The notes: a model not told the origin generated them from the letters alone. A DNA stretch of 58,284 nucleotides from an uncultured delta proteobacterium (GCA_963772835.1 CAVYYZ010000023.1:1-58284); one strand, 5' to 3'. Shown: positions 9,079-17,935, counted from the stretch's first letter. Numbers and translations: made by a program.

Positions 9079-9834
9079 ATGCTGCAGACTATTCTGAGAG
9101 GTGCTTTCAATCTCATTTTTGGTGTTGCGCTCCTTGGATTGCTACCATCGGTTTTCAGCCAATTTATCAGAACTGCCGGTGAATTCTTTCTGCATTTTAC
9201 CTGGTACCCGATTGTTATCGGAACGGTTATCGGGATTTTTGCTGAAAGATTCCTTGATCGGCACTTTCCTGAATTTGCCATTTTTGAACATGAGATAACT
9301 CATGCATTGGTTGGTATCCCCTTCGGGTTTATTCCGACCGGTATTACCGTCTCGCGCCATCGTGGTGGGGAATGTCGGCATATCTGTATTCTTGTTGGTC
9401 CGCTAAAATATCTGTATCCGATAACTCAACGGATTGTAACCTTGGCACCGTATTTCATGCCGACATTTACACTGATAATGGCGCTTTTTCGACCTGCCGT
9501 TCCGCCTGGTTGGCTTATGATGTATGACGTAGGCATAGGTGTCACCTTCGGATATCACACATTGAGTACGTTGGTAGAGCTTCGAGAAAATTTCACGAGT
9601 GGAACAATTGTGAGCGCCGGGTCTGGTGGGCTGACAAAGACTGATTTTGGCAAGACAGGGATGATATTTTCACCGATATTTATTGGTGTAGCAACACTGG
9701 CCGTGCATGGATTTATCCTTACCGTCATTATCCATGGCTATCCGGGGATGACAGAATGGACAAAGGGCATATTTAATTCAACAAACACATTTGCAAGACC
9801 ACTCTTTGATTCTGTTGTGAAAAGCAAATTCTAG
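9079..9834 (+). CDS. M50-family (M50B-like) membrane zinc metallopeptidase
   Basis: HEITH zinc motif next to TM helices, LAPYF motif, downstream Asp (KTDF), several TM segments. Confidence 0.8.
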   Translation: MLQTILRGAFNLIFGVALLGLLPSVFSQFIRTAGEFFLHFTWYPIVIGTVIGIFAERFLDRHFPEFAIFEHEITHALVGIPFGFIPTGITVSRHRGGECRHICILVGPLKYLYPITQRIVTLAPYFMPTFTLIMALFRPAVPPGWLMMYDVGIGVTFGYHTLSTLVELRENFTSGTIVSAGSGGLTKTDFGKTGMIFSPIFIGVATLAVHGFILTVIIHGYPGMTEWTKGIFNSTNTFARPLFDSVVKSKF

Positions 9835-9853
9835 CGTGATGTCAGGAGATTTC

Positions 9854-10987
9854 ATGTACATCGACACCCATCTGTTTCTTGTCAACGATGACCTTATTCC
9901 AAACATAACTCCTGTACTCGACCCTACATTCAGGCCTAAACAGGTTTATTTGATGAGTTCTGCCGCGACAATTAACCATTCAATCAGACTCAAAAAAATA
10001 TTGATGAATAATGGCGTCGTTGCCCATGATTTGTTTGTTAATGACGCATGGGATATTGAGCATATTCGTGATCGAGTACTGGAACTGATATCAGACTTTG
10101 ATGGAGAAATTATCGCTTTGAATGCAACTGGCGGTACAAAGCCTATGAGTTTAGCGGCGTACGAAGTTTTCAGGTCGTTTGACAAGCCGATCTATTGCGT
10201 TCACCCGGAAACTGATAACGTTGTCTGGATGCTCCCGCGAGACAGAAAGTCATTTGATCTTGCCGACAGGATAAAGCTTCCCCTCTTTTTCACTGCTCAT
10301 GACTTGAGAATTGTATCGAGTAAGAGTGGGGCTATTTCACAGAAACTGCGGGATTTAACATCGCTACTTGTCAGTGATACCGGCAAATACTCTCGCATAC
10401 TTGCCATATTGAATTATTTCGCATCAGAGAGTGAAGGGACTTTGCTGTCACCAGTTCAAAAAGATGAGCACCTGAAAGATCAGGACTTCCAGGAACTGAT
10501 AAAGCGTCTTGCTGATTTAGGTCTTTTGACCGTGGATTCAAAGTTCAGGTTGCGTTTTATGAGTGAAGATGCACGTTTCTTTGTTAATGGCGGATGGTTG
10601 GAAGAGCATGTGTACAGTGTGCTTGCTGGTATGTCGTCAATACAGGATCTGGCGAGAAATGTCGATTTTGTGTGGGATGAAAAAGAGAGTCCTGTTAAGA
10701 ACGAGATTGATGTGGCCTTCCTGGCTGATAACAGGCTGTATCTTATTGAGTGTAAGACGAAGAATTTTGAATGCAAGCAGTCAGATGCTGATGAGGTGCT
10801 CTATAAATTGGATACTTTGCGGGATTATATTGGGGGCAAAGAAGCCCGTGCAATGTTCGTCAGCTATAACCGTATTCCGGCGATACACAAGAAGCGTGCG
10901 GAAGAGTTGGGGATCATTGTTTGTGAAGGGAATTCCATAAAAAATATCAGTTTTACACTGAATGAATGGATCCTTGGTAAACGCTAG
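9854..10987 (+). CDS. DUF1887/Card1-like CARF domain + PD-(D/E)xK nuclease
   Basis: CARF motifs IPN and LNATGGTKPM; nuclease motifs GGWLEEHVY, NEIDV, LIECKT and LYKLD. AGGAG RBS before ATG 9854. Confidence 0.88.
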   Translation: MYIDTHLFLVNDDLIPNITPVLDPTFRPKQVYLMSSAATINHSIRLKKILMNNGVVAHDLFVNDAWDIEHIRDRVLELISDFDGEIIALNATGGTKPMSLAAYEVFRSFDKPIYCVHPETDNVVWMLPRDRKSFDLADRIKLPLFFTAHDLRIVSSKSGAISQKLRDLTSLLVSDTGKYSRILAILNYFASESEGTLLSPVQKDEHLKDQDFQELIKRLADLGLLTVDSKFRLRFMSEDARFFVNGGWLEEHVYSVLAGMSSIQDLARNVDFVWDEKESPVKNEIDVAFLADNRLYLIECKTKNFECKQSDADEVLYKLDTLRDYIGGKEARAMFVSYNRIPAIHKKRAEELGIIVCEGNSIKNISFTLNEWILGKR

Positions 10988-12009
10988 TGAGTCGACTGCA
11001 AGAGGTGCTAAATAATTCCGTTCCGTTAATAGAACAGGAGAACATTGAGCCGGAAATGACATTTGAACTAAAGAACGAATCAGGCGTTTTTTTTGAGAAA
11101 GGTGATTCGGCTTTTTGGGTAAAGTTGTTTGGATCGCGGGGAGAAACAGTTGAGGGGAAATTCTTTGTTTCTGGTGAAGGACAAGAAAAGTTGCTTATTT
11201 TTGAACCTGGTATGCCGGGTGATACTAATAAATGGATTGAGAGTGAAATCCTTCCAGAGCTGATTCGTCAAGGCTATTCGGTGTTTTGTATTCGTCACAG
11301 TGGTACAAAAATCAACGTAGAAAATTCTGATAAATATATAAACTGTCCGGAGAGAATTAAAAGATCCTTTAGCGAGCAAAATGCCGTAATAGGAAAAACT
11401 GCTGGAAAGAACGACTATACTCTTGAAGACATCGCCTATGAGCCGAAGACAGCTATTGAGGCTCTACAAAAGAAATTTAAACAGATTTTTTTTCTTGGAC
11501 ACTCCAATGGTGTACTGGGGATGGCATTTTCTTTAGCGGAATTGTCTAAAGAGATTACAGATAAAGTCCGTAGTTTTGTGGGGCTGTCTGGATTTACCGG
11601 TCGATATATTGCGGAAACTGATTGCTTTGATGCGGAAGGCAGGTTTAATAGCCAAATGATGAAGGAATATTTGGAATTTTGTAGCAAATTTATAAGCTTA
11701 GGGAGCATCGATAAAAATATTGAATTACAAAAGAATACTTTAGCGGCACTTTATAAATCACCCTTGCCAGGAAATATTAACTTGGTGCTGGTAAATTGTC
11801 CAAAGGATGAATTCATCCCCATCGAAAGTTCAAAAGAGTATAGGGAATTTATTGGGCGAGGGCTTGGTGTTACAGATAAAACACAAAATGTAGCTGACTT
11901 CCATGATTTAAAAAATTTGCAGGCCAAAACATTAGTTCGTTTATTAGAAATACATCGCCCAAAAAGTAAACATACCGTTACGGTTAAAAAAGAGAAGATA
12001 CAGAGGTAA
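10987..12009 (+). CDS. Alpha/beta-fold hydrolase
   Basis: PGMPG oxyanion-like motif, GHSNG nucleophile elbow, KDEF acid and FHD His. TAGTG overlap with the upstream gene. Confidence 0.75.
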   Translation: MSRLQEVLNNSVPLIEQENIEPEMTFELKNESGVFFEKGDSAFWVKLFGSRGETVEGKFFVSGEGQEKLLIFEPGMPGDTNKWIESEILPELIRQGYSVFCIRHSGTKINVENSDKYINCPERIKRSFSEQNAVIGKTAGKNDYTLEDIAYEPKTAIEALQKKFKQIFFLGHSNGVLGMAFSLAELSKEITDKVRSFVGLSGFTGRYIAETDCFDAEGRFNSQMMKEYLEFCSKFISLGSIDKNIELQKNTLAALYKSPLPGNINLVLVNCPKDEFIPIESSKEYREFIGRGLGVTDKTQNVADFHDLKNLQAKTLVRLLEIHRPKSKHTVTVKKEKIQR

Positions 12010-12014
12010 CGTCG

Positions 12015-12692
12015 ATGAAAACCCTACTTGTTTTCCCTGCATTGAGCAGTCCGTTCTACCCCAAATACGTTCCCTCCTATGAGCTTCTGCGCAATGAGTG
12101 TGCGGCTAGGGACATCGATATACGAATACTCCAATTCCCCGGTCAAGAGGGATCTGATGGCACTTTTGCTGGTGAATTCAGCCCGGAATCCTCAACTGCT
12201 TTTGCTTTACAAGAAATAGCCCGTCTCGAAGAGGACTGCATACCTTTCAGAACACTTGGTATAAGCTACGGTAGCAGTATCTCTTTGGCAACAGCATTAC
12301 GCGCCAAGTCAACTGCATATTGGCAAAAATCTATCGTATGGGGACCAGGCCCTCTATGGCAGGCATGGCGTGTTTTTGGGCAAGGTGAAAATGCTGCTCA
12401 ATTTTGTCATGGTTCTCATCCATGCAGAAGCCGGGATTTCTACTCTCAGTACATTCCAGTTGAAGATCTTATTCAGCAGCTTTTACCGGTTGATATAACA
12501 GTTGGAGTGGGTGGAAATGACAAGTATGTGAGCAAAAAATTCCTGAATTATCTGAAATCGCTATCACGGGATTATCTGAAATCAATACCAAAAAAAGTAA
12601 CTAATCAGCGTAATTTTAAATTTATTCCGGGTTGCCAACATAATGTTGTTCAGGATGATATAATGCTTACGGTTTTTCGGACAGGCAGTTAA
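12015..12692 (+). CDS. Alpha/beta-fold hydrolase, C-terminus probably truncated by IS3
   Basis: FPGQ, GISYG elbow, GGND acid and CQH His. The last about 11 codons lie inside the IS left end. Confidence 0.7.
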   Translation: MKTLLVFPALSSPFYPKYVPSYELLRNECAARDIDIRILQFPGQEGSDGTFAGEFSPESSTAFALQEIARLEEDCIPFRTLGISYGSSISLATALRAKSTAYWQKSIVWGPGPLWQAWRVFGQGENAAQFCHGSHPCRSRDFYSQYIPVEDLIQQLLPVDITVGVGGNDKYVSKKFLNYLKSLSRDYLKSIPKKVTNQRNFKFIPGCQHNVVQDDIMLTVFRTGS

Positions 12693-12724
12693 GTTTGGTT
12701 TGCCCATGATTACGGAGGTAATCT

Positions 12725-13012
12725 ATGATGGCAAGCATGAGAACAAAACGTACATCCGAATTCAAAGCGAAGATTGCTTTAGCTGCAATCCGAGGCGATC
12801 AGACCGTTACCGAACTGGCTTCTCTCTACAAAGTGCATCCAAATCAGATCACCACCTGGAAGCGCCAGGCACAGGATCAGTTGGTAGCAGCTTTTGACAA
12901 CAAGAAAGCCAAGTCCTTAAAAACGGACGAAAAACTCAAAGAGGAACTGTATCGCCAGATAGGCCAGCTCAAGGTTGAACTTGACTGGCTCAAAAAAAAA
13001 TCTGGTCTGTAG
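12725..13012 (+). CDS. IS3 transposase OrfA (HTH)
   Basis: EFKAKIAL..ELAS.YKVHPNQITTWK..LYRQIGQLKVELDWLKKK. Confidence 0.93.
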   Translation: MMASMRTKRTSEFKAKIALAAIRGDQTVTELASLYKVHPNQITTWKRQAQDQLVAAFDNKKAKSLKTDEKLKEELYRQIGQLKVELDWLKKKSGL

Positions 13013-13901
13013 CGCTGCTGAAAAACGTCTGCTGATAGATACCAAGCATCCCAGGATCAGTGTTGTCAAGCAGTGCCGGCTGTTGGGATTGAGTCATTCC
13101 AGCCTTTACTATCAGCCGGTTCCTGTGTCAGCAGAGAACTTAACACTGATGCGGCTGCTGGATGAAGAGTACACCCGGCATCCATTCCTTGGTGTTATCA
13201 AGCTGACGGACTGGCTCAAGAAGCAAGGTTACCCGCATGTAGGAACACGGCGAACTCGTCACCTGATGCGGATGATGGGCCTGATGGCCATCTACCCTGG
13301 CCCCAACTTGAGCCGCCGCGCACCGGGTCACAAAATATATCCATACCTTTTGCGCAACGTACCAATAGTACGAGTCAATCAGGTCTGGAGTGTCGATATA
13401 ACCTATGTGCGGCTTAAAGGTGGCTTCGTTTACCTGGTTGCAATCATTGACTGGTTCAGTCGATACGTCATTGATTTTGGCATCAGCATCACCTTGGAAG
13501 CTGACTTCTGCGTCGAAACGCTGGAACGAGCATTGCTCAGAGGGAAGCCGGAAATATTCAACAGCGACCAGGGTTCGCAATTTACAAGCCCACGTCATAC
13601 AAAGATTTTAGAAGCCGCCGGCATCTTTATCAGCATGGACGGCAAAGGCAGAGCAATTGACAACATCTTTGTCGAACGACTCTGGCGGTCATTGAAGTAT
13701 GAGGAAGTCTACCTGAAGGAGTACGAAACGGTTCAGGAAGCAAAAACCGGAATCAAGACTTATTTCGATTACTACAACAATGAGCGGCCTCATCACTCGC
13801 TGGACATGAAAACGCCGGCAGAGGTATACTTCAACGGGCTACTTGAATTGGCTGATCTTTCAAAGAACAAGGGGCATTCAACTGGGCTTGACCAAACTTA
13901 A
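12975..13901 (+). CDS. IS3 transposase OrfB (DDE integrase core), expressed via -1 frameshift
   Basis: WSVDITY, NSDQGSQFTS, DNIFVERLWRSLKYE and YNNERPH motifs. Confidence 0.95.
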   Translation: MNLTGSKKNLVCSAAEKRLLIDTKHPRISVVKQCRLLGLSHSSLYYQPVPVSAENLTLMRLLDEEYTRHPFLGVIKLTDWLKKQGYPHVGTRRTRHLMRMMGLMAIYPGPNLSRRAPGHKIYPYLLRNVPIVRVNQVWSVDITYVRLKGGFVYLVAIIDWFSRYVIDFGISITLEADFCVETLERALLRGKPEIFNSDQGSQFTSPRHTKILEAAGIFISMDGKGRAIDNIFVERLWRSLKYEEVYLKEYETVQEAKTGIKTYFDYYNNERPHHSLDMKTPAEVYFNGLLELADLSKNKGHSTGLDQT

Positions 13902-14073
13902 ATTCTTCACTTTTCTGTCTTGACAACCGTCAGTACCTTAAACAGCACGTGTGGATGCCTGAAATTAAGATTGTTAGTACAATTACTGAAATACGTTTCA
14001 TACGGGATTCCATAGCATACTAGGCAAGGTGTTAGTAAGAGTGGATTTGTTATTAATCGGGCTGACCTTCCCC

Positions 14074-14556
14074 CTAAAAACTGGTCCAGTTTATAGGGAG
14101 AACGTCATCGACAGCAATGGTCACAGCTATCTCATAGTCGTCGAGACGGTAGATACTGCTCCAGGACAACCCGCACCGCTGGCAGGAACATTGCTGCGTC
14201 ATTACTCCCTTCACCGCTGAGAGATGACCTGAAGATATATCCTTTGTCTGGCACTTTGGACAGCGTTCAGCTGCCTGCCGGATATATGTGTCCCTGGTCA
14301 CAAACTCCGGCTTATCGAGGCCGGCAACCTGGACGGCGGCTGCGCCGGCTGCCGCACCTTCGACTGTGGCAGCTGCTTCCGATGCCGATAATTCAGTGCC
14401 AAGTACCTTCGGTGGGGTCGCGTCACGGTATTTAAGTTCAACCGTGTAGCCGTTACCGGTACGCTCGAAGCTGATTCCAAATGTTGTATTTCGTAACGGG
14501 CCAAGGTTCAACTCAGTGCAGCGGGCTTTCAAACTTTTCTCGGTTACTTTTGCCAT
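14074..14556 (-). CDS. Hypothetical protein with C-terminal zinc ribbon
   Basis: GAGGAG RBS before MAKVTEK. CPKC..CQRC pair. Confidence 0.65.
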   Translation of the reverse strand: MAKVTEKSLKARCTELNLGPLRNTTFGISFERTGNGYTVELKYRDATPPKVLGTELSASEAAATVEGAAAGAAAVQVAGLDKPEFVTRDTYIRQAAERCPKCQTKDISSGHLSAVKGVMTQQCSCQRCGLSWSSIYRLDDYEIAVTIAVDDVLPINWTSF

Positions 14557-14752
14557 TTTCTCTATCTCCTCTTTATAGCTCAAACAGATATGCCGGCTTA
14601 ATTTCTTCCTCCTGGATGCCAGGATATGTCAGTGTGTGCTTTTGGGTGCTGTGGTTGAACATTTCCATCAATGTCGGGAGATCTGACCTGTTAATTATTG
14701 CACACTTATGTCACTCTGTAAGCACGACCACCAACGTTCACACTTTTGATTT

Positions 14753-14798
14753 AAAACAAAAAAGGGTTACAGCGATAATGCTGTAACCCTTTGTTTTT
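14753..14798. terminator. Bidirectional rho-independent terminator downstream of tRNA-Ser
   Basis: AAAGGGTTACAGC-GATAAT-GCTGTAACCCTTT hairpin flanked by A and T runs. Confidence 0.8.
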
Positions 14799-14800
14799 AG

Positions 14801-14888
14801 TGGCGGAGAGGTAGGGATTCGAACCCTAGGTACGTTGCCGTACACCTGATTTCGAGTCAGGCACCATCGACCACTCGGACACCTCTCC
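14801..14888 (-). tRNA. tRNA-Ser (anticodon CGA)
   Basis: Reverse complement reads GGAGAGGTGTCCGAGTGG..CCTGACT-CGA-AATCAGG..long variable arm..GGTTCGAATCCC..CTCTCCGCCA. Confidence 0.97.
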
Positions 14889-14957
14889 GTGGACGGACTG
14901 TATATCCTATTCTGTTCATAAATTCAAGGCCGGTTTTCACTCCTCCCGTTACATTGT

Positions 14958-15657
14958 TCAACGGGGTATACCCTGCGGTGCCGATGCGCCGGTGAGCCCT
15001 GAACGGATGCCGATCCGCCCGCCGTCTGTCTGGCCCCTGCTGTAGGCATCGCTGTTGACGTAGCTCCTGCGGCTGTGCATCGTTCTGACGGTGACCGATT
15101 TCGTTCATCGCCTGCCTGATCAAACCTTCTTTAACAGGAACCAGTGCGCCGGTTGTGACCGGCGTCTGTACTTTCTGCTCTCTCAGACGGACAGTGATAG
15201 TGGATACCGCCCCCAGGTAGTAGGATTGGCGCATCAGTTCACGATGACGGGCGGCAATCGTGTCACCGGCATGCCGCTTCATATAGGTACTGCAGAGTTT
15301 TCTGACGGTGCGGTCCAGATAGGTAAAGGTGTAGGCGGCGATCTGGACATCGGCTCCTACGCCGATAAAGGTCATTTTTCCGGAGGCGGGGTGGTGGATC
15401 GCCTGACAGTCGAACGCGCTGCTGACACCGGCGCTCAGGTGACGCATCCATTTCGGCAGCGTTTTTGATACGGCCGTTTCCACCGTATCGGCCTTTTCCG
15501 GCTTGTGAGACGCCTCGATGTCGGCCATGGCCAGGTTGTGTTCTGACAGCAGGCGCTGGGCATGGCCGGCGGCGAGTGCCGCCTCATGCTCATTGTCGGA
15601 GTTCGCCAGGGCCAGCAGCTTTTTAATTTTCTCTATTATCGGCGAATTATCCACCAT
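14958..15657 (-). CDS. DUF2786 domain protein (frameshift near 15093)
   Basis: IIEKIKKLLALANSDNEHEAALA is the DUF2786 N-terminus. A +1 shift at about 15093 restores TVRTMHSRRSYVNSDAYSRG..* and avoids overlap with the tRNA. Confidence 0.85.
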
Positions 15658-15697
15658 GAAAGTTCCTTTGTACGGTAACCGGTAACATGCGGCACGA

Positions 15698-16615
15698 TCA
15701 AAAAACAGTTTTCCGGGGGAAATAGTAGTTGGCCAGCCTGCTCTCAAGGCATACACGGAACAGGAGCGGCAGGAGAGCGGCCAGAAAGATGATGCCGCAG
15801 CCGATCCATTCCCTGCTGTTCAGGCGTTCTCCCAGTACAAAAAACCCGGCGATCAGGCTCCAGACCGGATCAAGGGTGTATACCAGTCCGGCGCGGGTGG
15901 GGGTGACGTAGCGCTGATAGATGTTCTGGAGGGTAAAACAGCACACGGTCGGGAAAACGGCACAGTAGACAACCGACAGAACAGCCGGCGTGGTGATGCT
16001 GAAAGAGGGGAGCGGGAGCAGCAGTGTGGCGGCTCCCGCGATCAATGCGACGGTGGCGAACTGAACGAGTGTGATCAGAAAAACGTCATCGTCCTTCAGC
16101 ACTTTGGAGACAGAGATGATGTGGCAGGCGATCAGAAAGGCGCAGAACGTCGAAAAAATATCGCCACGGTTGAACCCGCCCCCTCCTCCGGTTGCCAGCA
16201 GTGCGATGCCGGCCACGGCCAATGCTATGCCGGCCATGTTGACCCGCCCGATGCGGTCGCGCCAGATTATTTTGGTGATGACCGGGATGAAGAGTACGAA
16301 GAGGTTGTTGAGGATGCCGGCGCGGGAAATGCTGGTGCCCTGAATGCCGAACACAAAACTCAGATTGGTCAGCCCCAGGGCGGCTCCGACGATCATGCCG
16401 CGCATGAGAGTGGGGGAATCGAGTTTTTTCAGACGCCGGGAGCAGACCAGCAGCATGATTGCCGTTGCCAGAATGAACCGGGCCAGTACAAACATCTGAG
16501 GAGGAATCGTGCTGACGCCGATCTTGGTGAAAAGAAAACTCCCCCCCCAGAAGAAGGTCGTCAGCACCAGAAAGAAATATACCCGGTTCATGGCGGGCGA
16601 TACCGGAAGGTTCAT
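15698..16615 (-). CDS. DMT/EamA family transporter
   Basis: FWGGSF..K, RF, about 10 TM segments, AGLVYTLDPV..LGERL. ATGA overlap with the NUDIX gene. Confidence 0.92.
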   Translation of the reverse strand: MNLPVSPAMNRVYFFLVLTTFFWGGSFLFTKIGVSTIPPQMFVLARFILATAIMLLVCSRRLKKLDSPTLMRGMIVGAALGLTNLSFVFGIQGTSISRAGILNNLFVLFIPVITKIIWRDRIGRVNMAGIALAVAGIALLATGGGGGFNRGDIFSTFCAFLIACHIISVSKVLKDDDVFLITLVQFATVALIAGAATLLLPLPSFSITTPAVLSVVYCAVFPTVCCFTLQNIYQRYVTPTRAGLVYTLDPVWSLIAGFFVLGERLNSREWIGCGIIFLAALLPLLFRVCLESRLANYYFPRKTVF

Positions 16616-17028
16616 GGATAATGTTCCGCCGGGGCGCCGGCAACGGTCAGAAACTCTCTGATGACCGGCAGGTCGGCGGCGGCCCAATCCAGTTCCGGCA
16701 TACGCCGCGGCTCGATCCATGTCAGAGCGTGGTGTTCATACATTGTAATGGTGCCGCCGGCCAGCCGGCAGGTGAAGGGGTAGAGAGTGACGGTGAAATC
16801 AGGATAGCAGTGGGTTGTCGGGGAGAGTGCGGCGTCGATAAAAACCGAGATGCCGAGCTCCTCGTCCATTTCACGGATCAGACACTCTTCCGGTGATTCT
16901 CCGGTTTCAATTTTACCCCCCGGGAACTCCCATTTAAGCGGCAGGGTCATGGTTGCGCTGCGCTGTGCCGCCAGGACTTTCCCTTCCTGTCTGATAACCG
17001 CACAGGCCACGTGGAGATGACGTTTCAC
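16612..17028 (-). CDS. NUDIX hydrolase, MutT/NudG-like (d)NTP pyrophosphohydrolase
   Basis: Nudix box WEFPGGKIETGESPEECLIREMDEELG and WAAADLP. Probable GTG start at 17028 (ORF is open to 17124). Confidence 0.9.
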   Translation of the reverse strand: MKRHLHVACAVIRQEGKVLAAQRSATMTLPLKWEFPGGKIETGESPEECLIREMDEELGISVFIDAALSPTTHCYPDFTVTLYPFTCRLAGGTITMYEHHALTWIEPRRMPELDWAAADLPVIREFLTVAGAPAEHYP

Positions 17029-17257
17029 AGGCGTGCCGCCCGCTGTTTTTTCACTGTCCGCTGTGGTGATGCCGGTTCCTGCACGGGATGTACTGCCGGT
17101 CCGTTGTTCATGGTGGTGCCTCACAGGCGCTTTGTGTGCGCGGTTTGCATCAGAATTGCGATTGACGTTTCATTGGTAATAACATATTGTTTTTGGCGCG
17201 TCAGCCAGAATTACCGGCTGCTTACGTGGAATGATCATGATCCCGGAGAATAGTGAG

Positions 17258-17935
17258 ATGTTTCTAAAGGTTGCTGAGCTTGCCGCTGCTGCCGGCGTTG
17301 ATGAAAAAACAGTGTTAAGCTGGATCAAAAATAAGGGGCTTCCGGCCCACAAGCAGGATGACCGGTATCGTGTCAATCGGGTTGATCTTCTGGAATGGGC
17401 CACCAGCCACGGTATTTCGATCCCGCCGGAAATTTTTGTTGCCGGTAACGAAACGGGCCGCTTGTCATCGGTTTCCGAGGCTCTTCAGCAGGGGGGGGTA
17501 TTTTACAACCTTCCCGGCGATACCCCTGAAGCGGCGTTGCGGGAGGTCGTTTCACGGCTTCACCTGCCGCCCGGCCTGGATCCGGAGTTCCTGCTGCAGA
17601 CCCTTCTGGCGCGGGAAGCGCTCGGCTCCACCGCACTCGGGAACGGCATCGCCATTCCCCATGTGCGCAATCCGATTGTCGGCCCGGCCGGTGAGTCCGC
17701 CATCAGCCTCTGCTTTCTCCGGAATCCAATCGACTTTGATGCCGTTGACGGACAGCCGGTCACCATTCTCTTTACCCTGGTGACCCCCAGTGTGAAGGCC
17801 CATCTGCACCTGCTGGCAAAGCTGGCTTTTCTGCTGCATGATCAGCCGTTTCAGGAGCTGCTTCACCGTGCCGGCAGTGAGAACGAGATAATGACCGCGA
17901 TTCGTACGCTGGAGGGTATCAAAAGCGGTACATAG
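17258..17935 (+). CDS. Excisionase-type HTH + PTS EIIA (PtsN-like) fusion protein
   Basis: N-terminal VAELA..VDEKTVLSWI..LPAHK..YRVNR; C-terminal REALGSTALGNGIAIPH (phospho-His), IDFDAVDG and HLHLLAKL. Confidence 0.9.
   Translation: MFLKVAELAAAAGVDEKTVLSWIKNKGLPAHKQDDRYRVNRVDLLEWATSHGISIPPEIFVAGNETGRLSSVSEALQQGGVFYNLPGDTPEAALREVVSRLHLPPGLDPEFLLQTLLAREALGSTALGNGIAIPHVRNPIVGPAGESAISLCFLRNPIDFDAVDGQPVTILFTLVTPSVKAHLHLLAKLAFLLHDQPFQELLHRAGSENEIMTAIRTLEGIKSGT

Larger units (their letters stand above)
12659..13940 (+). mobile_element. IS3-family insertion sequence
   Basis: Overlapping orfA/orfB with an A9 slippery run at 12992-13000. Imperfect terminal IRs: TATAATGCTTACGGTTTTTCGGACAG versus the reverse complement of the right end, TAAGGTACTGACGGTTGTCAAGACAG. 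Additional inner IR TAAGTTTGGT/ACCAAACTTA. Confidence 0.9.

Noticed and set aside
14857..15756. 299-aa ORF overlapping tRNA-Ser
   Set aside because: The overlap arises from the frameshift near 15093; the corrected gene ends at 14958 and starts at 15657.
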